This document shows, in pieces, positions 1-15,100 of a DNA stretch of 64,000 nt. Numbering within the stretch: position 1 is the first letter of the stretch; each line of letters starts with the position of its first letter. Position numbers and translations under genes: made by a program. The notes beneath the pieces are model-generated. The model was not told the DNA's origin. It saw only the letters and a list, made by a program, of their open reading frames with translations, and searched no databases. The DNA comes from the human T2T-CHM13v2.0 reference genome, Homo sapiens, in the NCBI RefSeq assembly GCF_009914755.1, contig NC_060925.1; one strand, 5' to 3'.

Positions 1-329
1 AGCAGCATTAGAGGCAAATATAAGTAACTATAGTTTCCAGAATCATGGGATACACAAACTGGATATTTGGGAACTAACTGGAGCTAGCCTGGGGAAGGAG
101 GGAGTGAGGAGTGGGGCATTACAAGTAAGGGAAATACCTATATGCAGCCTGGAGTCTTGAGATACAGTGGAGCTGTGAGGCCACTGCTGTGGGTGGCACC
201 AGTAGAATCTACATCTTTTAGAAGCTTCTACTGCATTACAAGGCAATTATGCTTTATTTCAGAGACAGGGAGATAGAGAGGGGATGATGTCAAAAATTTA
301 AGCAGACGAGGGTACAATTATATTTGTAC

Positions 330-1100
330 TTTATAGTGATCACATTTCTATAGAAATGTAGAGAGTGATTGCGAAAAGAGAAGTCAATAATAGTGAGAGC
401 AGATGAGACATGATGAGGGTTGAATTAAGGTCACAGCAATAAGGATGGCACCTTAGATCCATTTCTAAGAGAGAGATGATGAGATCTGATGACTAATTAG
501 GACACGGGGAATAGTGGCAAATAAGATGATAACTCCTAGAACTATGGCTTGGATGACCTGGATGATAATACCATTCACTGAGAGGAGAGTTTTGGCAGGG
601 ATGGGGGTGGCGCAAATCAGCACAGGTGGGGAGATGAAGGTTATCATTATTTGGAATTGTGGAATGATGCCTGTATTAGTCCATTTTCACTCTGCTAATA
701 AAGACATACCCTAGACTGGGTGATTTATTTAGGAAAAAGGTTTAATTAACTCACAGTTCCACATGGCTGGGGAGGTCTCGCAATCATGGCAGGAGGTAAG
801 GAGGAACAAGTTGCGTCTTACATGGATGGCAGCAGGCAAAGAGAGAGCTTGTGCAGGGAAACTCCCCCTAATAAAACCATCAGATCTTGTGAGACTTATT
901 CACTATCACAAGAACAGCACAGGAAAGACCTGCCCCCATGATTCAATTACCTCCCACAGGGTCCATCCCATAACACCTGGGAATTCAAGATGGGATTTGG
1001 ATGGGGACACAGCCAATGCCTGTGAGATAACTCAATGCCATTGAGATCTCAATGCCTGTGAGATAACTGAAGAAGACATTCTAGACGGTATCAGGAGGAT
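330..1100 (-). mobile_element. L2 fragments interrupted by a THE1 LTR
   Basis: Diverged antisense L2-like text (ggatgataataccattcactgagagg; tgcctgtgagata). Boundaries approximate. Confidence 0.55.
672..1015 (-). mobile_element. THE1-family (MaLR) solo LTR
   Basis: tgtattagtccattttcac...aaaaccatcagatcttgtgagacttattcactatcacaagaacagc...ggggacacagcca. Flanked by ATGCC (667-671 and 1016-1020). The terminal ~9 bp appear lost. Confidence 0.85.
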
Positions 1101-1106
1101 GATCTG

Positions 1107-1401
1107 GGCCAGACGCAGTGGCTCATGCCTGTAATCCCAGCACTTTGGGAGGCTGAGGCAGGCGGATCACTTGAGGTCAGGAGTTTGAGACCAGCCTGAC
1201 CAACATGGTGAAACCCCATCTCTACAAAAAATACAAAAATTAGCCAAGCATGATGGCATGCGCCTGTAGTCTCAGCTACTTGGAAGGCTGAGGCATGAGA
1301 ATTGCTTAAACCTGGGAGGCAGAGGTTGCAGCGAGCCAAGAAAGCACCACTGGTGGCAAAGTGAGATGAGTGAGACTCCATCTCAGAAAAAAAAAAGAAA
1401 A
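1107..1401 (+). mobile_element. AluS
   Basis: Dimeric Alu with A tail and a degenerate TSD ending in TGATCTG on both sides. Confidence 0.93.
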
Positions 1402-3544
1402 GGGTGATCTGGTCTGGAGGTACAGAATGCTAATGTATATCTACATTCGCTTATGTGAAAACGTCACAGGGAAAAATCTTTCTGACTTCTGTTAGAATGA
1501 TCACCTGTTTCTCTACCTATAGTCTCTTCTCAACTACGAATAGATAAACCAAACATTTTTTTTCCCAATGCACCTTTAATCCCATGGCTTTTGCTGAAAC
1601 TTGGCATTTATTCAATGAAACCACTTTCCACACAATCCTCTTTGAAGAGTCCTTATCTCCATGATTCATTCTTAAGGCCAAGAGGGAAGGTTGGCTTTCT
1701 TGCTGAAACCACTGTTCCCATGAGTCCACTAGTGGGACATTTAACTTCAGTTTTAAAAGGATGGCTTCCTTGGGTGGACAAGGGGGAAAAAGCATTCCAG
1801 ACAGAGATCAGTGTATACAAAAACTTTGAGTGGTAGAGGTATATGGTAGGTTTGAGGAAAAGCAAACAGTCTGGTATGACATATGACTAGCATGTAGAAT
1901 GATGACAGAATTTTAATAGGAGCCATTGGAATTGTATGGACCATGCTTTTGGAATTCTGTGAGCTTCTTATTCTCAGTCACCTTCATCTTTATTCCACTG
2001 CAGCCATACATTGATCCAATTTCAAGTTAGACCCTGGCGTCATTCAAACCTGCTTTACAACAGAAATTGTCACCACATCCTGAGGCTTCTCATTTCCTTT
2101 CTACTATTGAATTTTTAGCAGAACCTCTGTCGCCTGGCCTTTCCATACCCATACTCTCTCTCACTCCTTCTCTATCTTGACATCTCCCCAACAATCATGG
2201 ACTTAATGAGAAGCATCTCAAGAATGTGTCTGTCATTGCTCTCTAAACATTCTTGTTTTTGACCTTCAACTTTCCAGTAGTGGAAAGCCCCATTTTCTAC
2301 CTTCTTCTCGTCTAGCTGTAAAGCTATTAATCCACTTCAAATATTTATTACCTAATTTTAGCTATATATTTGCTATTGCTTTGTGGCTTTTTCTACATTA
2401 ATTGTTGATTTTTTTAAATGGTATTTGACACGCTGGCTGCTCCAAATTTTTCCAGTCTCTATATTTTATACTCCCAGTAATGTCATTTATATTTATTGAT
2501 AAGTGAATTTAAGGTTATTCTAAATTCTCTTTTAGAGTTGTCTTTGCTTCCAGTCACTTTTCAAACATTTTTTATTCTACCTACCCTGAAGAATTAAGGG
2601 TGGAATGCAGGAAATGACAAACACACTATAGTAATACCTACCATTGATGTAGCATTTACTGTATCCAACCTCGTTGTTAGTAGTGATAGAGCAGAGCTCA
2701 GTCCTGGATGGTCTGTCAAAAAAATTTATGTTCTTTCCACTCTTCCATGACCTTAGTTATGCCAAGTAAAATAGCCATGGAAAATCTCATTCACAGACTG
2801 CAGTAGAAATAGCTAAGCCTCAAAGAGCAAGCCACTTACCTAGAAACAAGTGCTATTGCAAAAATTTCCATTTTCACGGACATAAATTTAGAGTTTTTTA
2901 TTTTTTAAAAAACAATCAAATTTAATATGCTAGCTTCTCTTTTAAGTTGGTTATTTGTTGAATCTAGTAACAGTTGTAAATAATAGATGGTGTTAGAATA
3001 TCCTGCTGCATTTTCTGTAGAGAAAAATGGGCACAAATCAATTGAACTACTACTGACTTCTGAGTTTTTTGAAAGTCTTTTAATACCATTTTAATATATA
3101 ATTTATTATTTGGGGTTAGAAACAAAGAAATAAAGATGGATAAGTATAGATATTCTTCCTTTTGTGTCTTTTAAAACCTGTATGCAAATGCAATTATTGC
3201 ATATCAAATACTATTTTGGCACTTAATAAAATAGTTTGTTATTTAAATACTACTACAACTTGTATAAATCATAAACTTATTTTGCTTAGCAAATAATACC
3301 TACTAATTTTGGGGGGATAAGTACAGTTTTTTTTTAACATAACATTACCTTAAAATGAAGTGTTAATAGCTTCTAATGATGCCATTAATTACATTGTCAC
3401 CAGTTTTTGTATTTAAGGGTAGTATTTTACAAAAAGAAAAATTAAGATAAAAATGTCTATGCAAAATGAGCACTTAGATCAATAATTGCACATTATATTT
3501 GTACAATAGATTTTTTGTGGAAAAAAGTGTTTTTTCTCTAGCAA

Positions 3545-3770
3545 ATACTTAGTATGTATCAGGTACTGCTATAAGTACTTTTGAACACATTTAATTAGAC
3601 TAAGAGTCCTATGAGATAATTACCACTATCGTCTTTTTCACATGAGGAAGCTGAAACATGGAAAGGCTGAGAAGCTTGCCCAAGGTCATACAGCTAATAA
3701 GTGGCTGTGCCAGGATCCCGACCCAACTGTCTGGCTTTGGAGTCTGAGCTCTTACCCACTGTTCTCTCTG
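3545..3770. mobile_element. MIR
   Basis: Core text acatgaggaagctgaa...cttgcccaaggtcatacagctaataagtggc. Confidence 0.7.
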
Positions 3771-3981
3771 CTCCTTTACTAAATTAAGTGTTTAAAAATA
3801 ATGGAAAAACATCGACCAGCCACTTTTAGGCTTCCAACAAAAGTGCAGTTAACAATAAACTTTGTTCTAAAAATGACTTATTTGTTTTCACGGACTAAAC
3901 ACCATAAGCTGTTGTATGCAATAATTCTTTGTAACAGCTGCTCTGCCTTGTGCAACTTCCCACAAGCACACCAAAAGTTAA

Positions 3982-4344
<363 letters not shown>

Positions 4345-4965
4345 TGATTGGCTTAGAACTCCCTGACCATGAACTATTTTACCACTCTGTTGAATTTAGA
4401 GCTCTCACGTTCTCGGCTTAAAATTTGGGGTGTAACTTTATACTTTAACTGATGAAAACATTCAGATTTCACTAAAAAGGGTATTCTTGGAGACCATCTG
4501 TCTCAAGAGGGAAGATTTTACAAGTCATTCTTGTAATAGTTTAGAACTGCTTATCCTATGGAAAATGGCCAATTTTTCAATTCCATGAAATAAAGCTGTT
4601 GTAGATAGGAAAGGTGCAAAAACAGAGCTAGAGATTATTATATATGTGTACATAAGTTTGTATCTATATGTCAAGGATATAAATCAGATGACAGCAATAA
4701 ATCCTTTTAAAGTGTTATATAAACCATGTTGGAAAAGGCAGTGATATTTAATTACTTATATCTTGAATTAATTTCCATGTGTTCAGGGAATTGGGTGAAT
4801 ATTTTTGAGAAAGCATAATGGCGAGAAATAGCCATGTGATTCTGCTTCAAATTGAAGTCTATCATTGGCTTTCAGGCAAAATAGAACAGCAATAAATTAC
4901 ATCTCAATATGATGAATATAATAAATGTGTGTAACAGTAATTGAGCTCATATAAAACATTTTTAA

Positions 4966-5037
4966 AAGAACTTTCTAATACTTATTTAAGCCACGACACT
5001 GAAGAACTTTCTAATCTTTATTTAAGCCACGATGCTG
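4966..5037. repeat. 36-bp tandem duplication (2 copies)
   Basis: aagaactttctaatacttatttaagccacgacactg followed by aagaactttctaatctttatttaagccacgatgctg. Confidence 0.9.
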
Positions 5038-5348
5038 AGTTACCAAATACATAACAATTTTTAACAAGATTAGCACTTAAAATTATCGTTTGATTCTTCG
5101 ACAGCTCAGTGGAAGGCAAGATAAGTATTTATGTTTCCATATTACAATAAGGAGTCTAAAGTTTAGGGAAATGAGAAGACGCCCGCAAGTTCACACAATT
5201 AATTCTTTGCAAAAGGAAGACCAGAATGGTTTTCCTTTATTTAGTAAATAAGACATAATTTATGCCAAATCTAATTTCAAAGTGAATCAGAGTCAAAAGG
5301 AGAGCAATAAAAGGCACATATGCTTCAAAAATTTGCAAAAATAATGAC

Positions 5349-5653
5349 TTTTTTTTTTTTTTTTTTTTTTTTGAGATGGAGTCTTGCTGTGTCACCCAGG
5401 CTGGAGTGCAGTGGTGTGATCTTGGTTCACCGCAACCTCCGCCTTCCGGTTCAAGCAATTCTCCTGCCTCAGTCTCCTGAGTAGCTGGTATTACATATGC
5501 CCACCACCATGCCTGGCTAATTTTGCTATTTTTAGTAGAGATAGGGTTTCACCATGTTGGCGAGGCTGGTCTCGAACTCCTGACCGCAGGTGATCTACCT
5601 GCCTCTGCCTCCTGAAGTGTTGCGATTACAGGTGTGAGCCACTGCACCTGGCT
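5349..5653 (-). mobile_element. AluS (antisense)
   Basis: Poly-T followed by gagatggagtcttgctgtgtcacccagg...gagccactgcacctggc. Confidence 0.93.
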
Positions 5654-7165
5654 CTCAAATTTTAATAGAACAATGTGGTTGTACATTCTTTTTAAAATAT
5701 AACTTTTAATTACATTCCATGTCTTGCCTTTGACTTTTAGTTGTACCCCAATAATGCTCTAGGGGCATAAATCTACATTCCTGGAGACAGGTAACTGGCC
5801 AACACAGAGACAGACAGGTCACAATGGAAGTTTCCACACAAGGCCTCCTAGAGGAAAAGGAGGCTTACCCTTCCATACTTCACTGTTTCCAGAAAGCATC
5901 AGGACAGAAACGACACAACTTTTTGATTCCAATGGAAATGTAAACAAGGCTGAAACTTTGCTATCTTTTATTCTCCTCACTTGAATATGCCATGAATAAT
6001 TTCCCTATTGTACCATTATCTCTTATTGCCTAAATGTTGAGATGATAGTCATAAGATCAATCCAATATAACCTGACTTTATGTTCCCACAAAAATTTAAA
6101 ATGTTTGCTATGAGATATATTGGAAAATCAGAACTGAAAAAAAAAAAAAGAACTTCTTGCATACCAAAGGAATTATGCAAATGGAGCTTCTAATTCCGTG
6201 AGGTCCACTAGTCAGCCAGCCAAGCCCTTTGGCAACAGGGTTTTTGTCGCTAATGTTTTACCTATACTAGATTTTTAGTAGGTATTTTTTAATTGAACAA
6301 ATGGAATACTGAATAGATTTCTAACAACACATATGAAGATTACAGTCACTTACAATATTTGGTTTGGTGATAAAAACACACACAGCCATAGCGAAGAGGA
6401 CTCTACCTGCCTTATAAATTCATAGATATTCTTTTCCCAAGACCCTCATTTTGCCTAAGCTGAGTGTGCAGGTACATTTTTTACAATACTAAATCCTTGA
6501 GGAGACCCCGACCTAAATTAAAAGTCTCCTCTTAATAAAATCAACAACTTTCTTCATTAGATTTGTATTTTGGGGCTATTTGATAATTCCAGTCATTCCG
6601 TTAATAATTAGAAATAGTAAGGCCTAAATATTCTTGCAATCTAAAAATAAGAGAACATCGTAAGTCACAATTCATTTAATAAAGGCTTTTCCTGAGTTTT
6701 TCATAATTTATGGTTTCACTTTTCATATGGAACCTTATTAATGGGCTCTCTGTATAACAGAGTGCCATGATGGTATAAATCATTCTCTACCACCTTAAAA
6801 AATATTAACAATTTTATTAAGTGCTATTTAGTAGCAACATATTTAGTACTTCAGATATGTGGAATACTGTGTCTATTCTTTATATGCATACTTAATTGTC
6901 ACAATAACCTTGTAATATAGGTACTATATTCAATTTATGAATGAAGAAACTGAAGTAAATAGTCATGGTTTGCATGACCCTGTACTTTAAATTTTTTAAA
7001 GTTAATAAGACATTAATATGGAAATAAATCATGCATTCAGTCCTGTATAGATAATTCCCCAGAGTTTTTGAGGTAGTAAGATGATGCCATGGGTCTTGGG
7101 TTGATAGACAGTTGAAGAAACAGTATAAAGATATCTGATCTCAATATGACCAAGAGTTGACATGA

Positions 7166-7330
<165 letters not shown>

Positions 7331-7918
7331 TGACAAAATACCTTCCACCAATTATTTTTCATTTGTTTAGAATACACATATCGCTTATAGCAAATGAAAT
7401 GAAAAATTATTGTTGTTAAATGTTTTAAATCAATTTCTTCTAGCTAATATTGTTTAGTTTTATTCTTCAGTGCTCACACATATTTACTGCTATACTAAAT
7501 GTTGTCTGAAGTAGGTTACCAAGCTGCCCAATGATCATAACCCTCTAGAGGAATAGAAGGGAAAAATCAATGGAAAGATGAAATTCAGCATGATCTTCAT
7601 GGAGAAAAATTCACTGGAAGATGCTCTTTTCTTCCAAGATGTTCTCTTATATGGCAGGAATATATAGAAATCCATGAAATAATGTTAAAAACTATTAGAA
7701 ACTTGTATTCTCTTAGGCATTTGTAAAGAGTTATATTTGTTAATATAATAAAAAGTTAATTATCTATAAACCATAATTAAAGTTTACATATAGAGGATAA
7801 TTAGACGAGTATAGAGGTGATACAAGAATCAATAGAAAACAGTATGTAACATTTGTGTTACATTACAGGCCATAGGCAAATATTGATGCTAATTTTGCAA
7901 AACAAACTGCCTGACATA

Positions 7919-9219
<1,301 letters not shown>

Positions 9220-9666
9220 TTTTTTAAAATCTAATTCTCATTAGGATTTTTTGATAAAAATAAAAGACACAGCATCTCCTATCTCCTCTTGCTTTATTTA
9301 CTGGGAAAAAATGATAAACTTATGATTACTCAAGGCCTAGTTATATAAGCTTACTGATCATCTGTCTCTCTCTCCCCACTAACTTTATTGTCTAAGAAAA
9401 TGATAATCTTGTGGGTGGAAAGGAAACCTGGAGACTAGTCAATCTAATCAGTAGTAGCTTCTGGTTGAAAGATATCCTATTGCCTAAGAGACATTTAACA
9501 TCTTTGGTTAAATACATTTTATAGGAAAAATAAATGAAAATATAAAATGAAGTTTGGAATGCTGTGGCTTGGAAATCTATATATGTTATGTCTTCCCACT
9601 TGCAGATAATAAATGAGGAATATTTGCTAACCTTTGGTCATCAACTTGACTTAAAACTGAAAATTT

Positions 9667-9972
<306 letters not shown>

Positions 9973-10896
9973 CCTGAAAATTTTCCAAACTATGTAGTTT
10001 CATGTTCTTGTCACCAACCAACACTCATGAAAGATCTCTGTCCAGAAGCAGAGGGCGGAGTGGATGGTTTAGGAGTAGGATATGTTTCCTGAGTGAACTC
10101 GGGTGAGTTTCCTCTTCATCTCTAAGTTCCTCATCTGCAAAAGAGGGATAAAAATACTTTACTTGTAGTATTATTATGAAAAGTAAAATTGTAAAAATAG
10201 AGCCTTGCACATATTAAGCACTCAAAAAAGGGCAACTATGTAGCAAATTCTATACCATGAGGTGGAAATTATGTAGGAGGGCGAGAGTTTGTAATGGAGT
10301 CAGGCAGTTAAGAACATCTACCTCAAGAAACCCAATTAGTACATGTTCCATTCATTCATGGATTCAAGCATTTAAGCCACATGGATTTCAGTGGCTAATA
10401 CAATAGGGATCTGGGAATATAAAAGGTATCGTCCCTTCCTCCAAGGAGCCTAAATTCTAGTAGCGAGACATATGTCAAAACGTATATAGTACAATTTTTG
10501 GTACAATAAGAGGCTATACTAAATTCTGTAAAAATGAATAGAGAAGAAGTGCAGGGATAGCTTGATCAAAGAGGCACCATTTTAGATAAGCTAAAGATGA
10601 CTAAGTTCCATAAATGTATTCACTAGCTGTGTGACTTTGGACAAATTACTGCTCTGAGCCTCAGTTTCCTCATTTATAATATCCACAGGATGGAGCTGTT
10701 TCAGAGATAAATCCAGTAATGTATATAAAACTCCTGGCTTATCCTGGACCACAGTAAGCACTAAGTAAAAGTTAAATAAATATCAAAATTAGGAAGTTGT
10801 GTAGTCCATTACTTATTTAATAAATGAAGAACGGAAGGAGAAGAGGAAAGAAAGAAGCAAGAAAGGTGGCAGGCACCCATAGAAAAGAGCATGTCT

Positions 10897-11352
<456 letters not shown>

Positions 11353-13362
11353 TCACAAAACTCCATATCTGCCCTGCCAACTACGGGGCAGAGAAATAAC
11401 AAAATTTGCTTTGTTAATTTCAAAAGAGTTCCCTGGCTTCATGGCAGATGATCAAAGAAAATAACACTAAAGGCAGGGAAATCTAGTGAGAAGATTCCTA
11501 GGTAGTTTGAAGAGATGAGCCTGTTTGCTAGAACGAAGACAACAGTGGTTAAGGTTGGGGCGAGGGGTAGTCCTGAGAGTCACATAGGAGCTGGAAATGA
11601 TGTGGGGAGTGAGAAAAGGGCACAGGTTTAGGACAGTTCTGCCTCTGGGTTTCTGCCTTGGGTTACTGCATGGATGGTAATTTTGCCTAGATAGAACATC
11701 CTGAATACCCTTGTAACCTATCTTGCTGTTGTATACAAAGATAAAAGTTAACACTACAAACTACTCTATATCTAAGAAAAGGAGACCATTTCTTCAGCTC
11801 ATGACTTCACTGCCACAGAACACAATGGCAAGAATCCACTGATGTAATTGCCTAGGGTCCTCATTTCAGAAGTAATTAATAATTACAAGAAGTGTCAGTC
11901 ACCTTAAATGCTTACTTTCAAAGATTTCCTGATGCCCAGATGTGATTGGAATTGTTAACAAACATAATATAAGAACCCCAGGGATGTGACTCAGTATCAT
12001 GTTGTTTATTTGTTCAGAGTTTTACAGAAAAATTTGTTAAAACTATTGAATACAGTCTTGACTGAAGGAGTCTATTTATATACATGGTTAAAGAAAGCAG
12101 CAAATAAAATCCCCACAGGGCCTCAGTGTTGGGGACAGGACTGGCAAGACTATAAATCAGAATCTTCCTAATGTTCACGATTGGAATGAGATAATGCATG
12201 AGCCAGAAAAGCAAAAAAAGGATTTATGATGATTCTAAATTACTCCCTAACCTGGCTTATGTGTGTCTCGAGTCTTAGAATGAGAAGAAAATTGAAAATA
12301 GTCCAGCCTTTCTTCAATAAGTCCATTGTGGCACAACAAATACCAGTTAATAAAAACTTATTGTAAAAACTATTATTTAATGTATTTGAAGAACCTTAAG
12401 TATGAAATAATAATATTCAAAAGGTAGACATTCAAGTTTAAGAGACTCTGAATGATCTTTGTTGCGGGGGGTCACTACAAAGGATTGTTGGGTCTTGATC
12501 TGACATGTTATTTTACTTTCCTTTTTTTTTTTTTTTTAACTTTTTGACTCTAAGTTTCTTCTTCAGATTGTTGAGAAAGGCCCCAAGGGTCTTTTTGTAA
12601 AAAATATATTACACTGTTGAGCTGCAGAATTTATGTTGTGGTTATGATTTAACATATGATCTCATTTAGGTGTTTATTAAAACTAATACAAAATGAGCAA
12701 ACACATTACAATCTCATTATTTGCTTATTAATAGTCAATTCCCTGGTTTATGTGCTAAACTAGGATTATAATCTAAATTGTTATTTTCAATCTTTGAGTA
12801 GTACTAGTGATTGAAGGTCTACTGCTTACATATTGCTCAGTCCTGGACTGGTAAATAAAATGAACACAGTCTCTGTTTTGTGAAGCACACAGCCTGCTGA
12901 GGGAGGAAACCATATACACAAATCAATATATATTTAAAATTACAATGAGAGCAATGAAAGAAAAGAATTGGGTGGCATGAGAGAAAATAAGGGGATCTTA
13001 TTTATATCTGCCCATGATGGAAAGTTATTCTGAGAAAGCAATACAAGATAAAGTCTGAAAATTGAGTAAGAGTTATTCAAGAAAACACTTGAAGGAGAGT
13101 TTTCTAGAAGAGAGAAAAACATCACGAAGGCTGTGGGAATGCAGGGAGTTTTTACAGTTATGTTAAGGATGTTGAATTCCTTTCTATGTGAAAGGGGAAG
13201 TTGTTGAATGATTTTAAAGTAAAGACATACTATGATTTAGTTTACAAGTTTTATAATTCTCAACTGTAAATTGTTTCCAAAACATTTCTCAGCAGAGTTA
13301 AATGATATTGCAAAGGGCCTTAGGCGACTGTGAAGTTGAATTGTGTTTCTTTAAAAATATGA

Positions 13363-13671
13363 GGTGGCTCACGCCTGTAATCCTAGCACTTTGGGAGGCC
13401 GAGGCGCGTGGATCACCTAAGGTCAGGAGCTCGAGACTAGACTGGCCAACATGGTGAAACTTCGTCTCTACTAAACATGCAAAAATTAGCCGGGCATGGT
13501 GGCACACGCCTGTAATCCCAGCTACTTGGGAGGCTGAGGCAGGAGAATCACTTGAACCCAGCAGATGGAGGCTGCAGTCAGCCAAGATCACACCAATGCC
13601 CTGCACCCTGGGCTACAGAGTGAGACTCCGTCTCAAAAATATATAAATAAAAAAAAAAAAAAAAAAAAAAA
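13363..13671 (+). mobile_element. AluS, slightly 5'-truncated
   Basis: ggtggctcacgcctgtaatcc...gagactccgtctc followed by an A tail. Confidence 0.92.
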
Positions 13672-14599
13672 CTTTATACATTTCTTTTACCACGTTACAA
13701 AACACTTGATATTATCCTATTGACCATCAGTGTTATATGTGCATCCTACTAAATTTACATTTTGGGGCGAGCAGTATACATAGTATATAAATACTCTTAC
13801 AAATCAATATGGAAAACAACCTAATGAAAAAAACAGGAAAAAATATGAAATGGTAAAAAAAAAAAAAAACACCCCCAAAATGTTCAGCTCAATATTAACT
13901 GGGGAAAACGTAAACCAAAGTAACAGTGAGATACTATATTTTATCCAACCAGCTGGTAAAATTTATATATTTGGTGATAGCAAAGGTTGGCAAACGTTTT
14001 GAGCCACATTCACAATCATCCACTGCTGGTAATGTGCAAATGGTACAACTAGAGATGTTTGGCAGCTTTTATTAAAATTAAAAATGTACATTACTTATGA
14101 CCCACAAATTCCATCTCTAGGCATAAACTGTAGGGTTAAACTCAAAACGCTTACACAGACAGCCATGTATAATTGTGTCCGAAATTGGTGGGTTGTTGGT
14201 CTGATTGACTCTTCAAGAATGAAGCCACAGACCCTCGCAGTGAGTGTTACAGTTCTTAAAGATGGGGTGTCCGCAGTCTGTTCTTTCTGATGTTCGGACG
14301 TGTTCAGAGTTTCTTCTTTCTGGTGGGTTCGTGGTCTTACTGGCTTCAAGAGTGAAGCCGCAGACCTTTGCAGTGAGTGTTACAACTCTTAAGATGGCAC
14401 GTCTGGCCGCGTCTGGAGAGTTGTTTATTCCTCCTGGAGGGTTCGTGGTCTTGTTGGTCTCAGGAGTGAAGCTGCAGACCTTCATGGTGAGTGCTACAGC
14501 TCATAAAGTCAGTGTGGACCCAAACAGTGGGCAACAGCAAGAGTTATTTCAACAAGCAAAAGCACAAAGCCTCCACAGTGTACAACATGACCTCAGCAC

Positions 14600-15100
14600 G
14601 TTGCCACTGCTGGCTCCAGCAGCCTGCTTTTATTCCCTTATCTGCCCCCCGCCCCCCCCCCCCCCCCCCCCCCCCCCGCCCACCCACATCCTGCTGATTG
14701 GTCCATTTTACAGCGAGCCAATTGGTCTGTTTTACAGAGAGCTGATTGGTCCATTTTGACAGAGCACTGATTGGTGCATTTTCAAACCTCGAGCTAGACA
14801 CAGAGTGCTGATTGGTGTATTTACAATCCCTTAGCCATAAAGATTCTCCAAGTCCCACTAGATTAGCTAGATACAGAGTGCCGATTGGTGCATCCACAAA
14901 CCTTGAGCTAGACACAGGGTGCTGATTGATGTGTTTACAAACCTTAAGCTAGACACAGAGTGCTGGTTGGTGTATTTACAATCCCTTAGCTAGACATAAA
15001 TATTCTTCAAGTCCCCACCAGATTAGCTAGATACAGAGTGCCCATTGGGCATCCACAAACCTTGAGCTAGACACAGGGTGCTGATTGGTGCATCCACAAT
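14600..15100 (-). promoter_or_regulatory. LTR12 U3 enhancer/promoter: NF-Y CCAAT array, GATA site and AATAAAA TATA-like box
   Basis: About 8 intact ATTGG on the + strand (14697-15088). Minus strand reads AGATAAGGGAATAAAAGCAGG at about 14622-14643. Confidence 0.7.
14645..14681. repeat. Poly-C tract (C6-G-C26-G-C3)
   Basis: Uninterrupted C run from 14652 to 14677. Confidence 0.95.
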
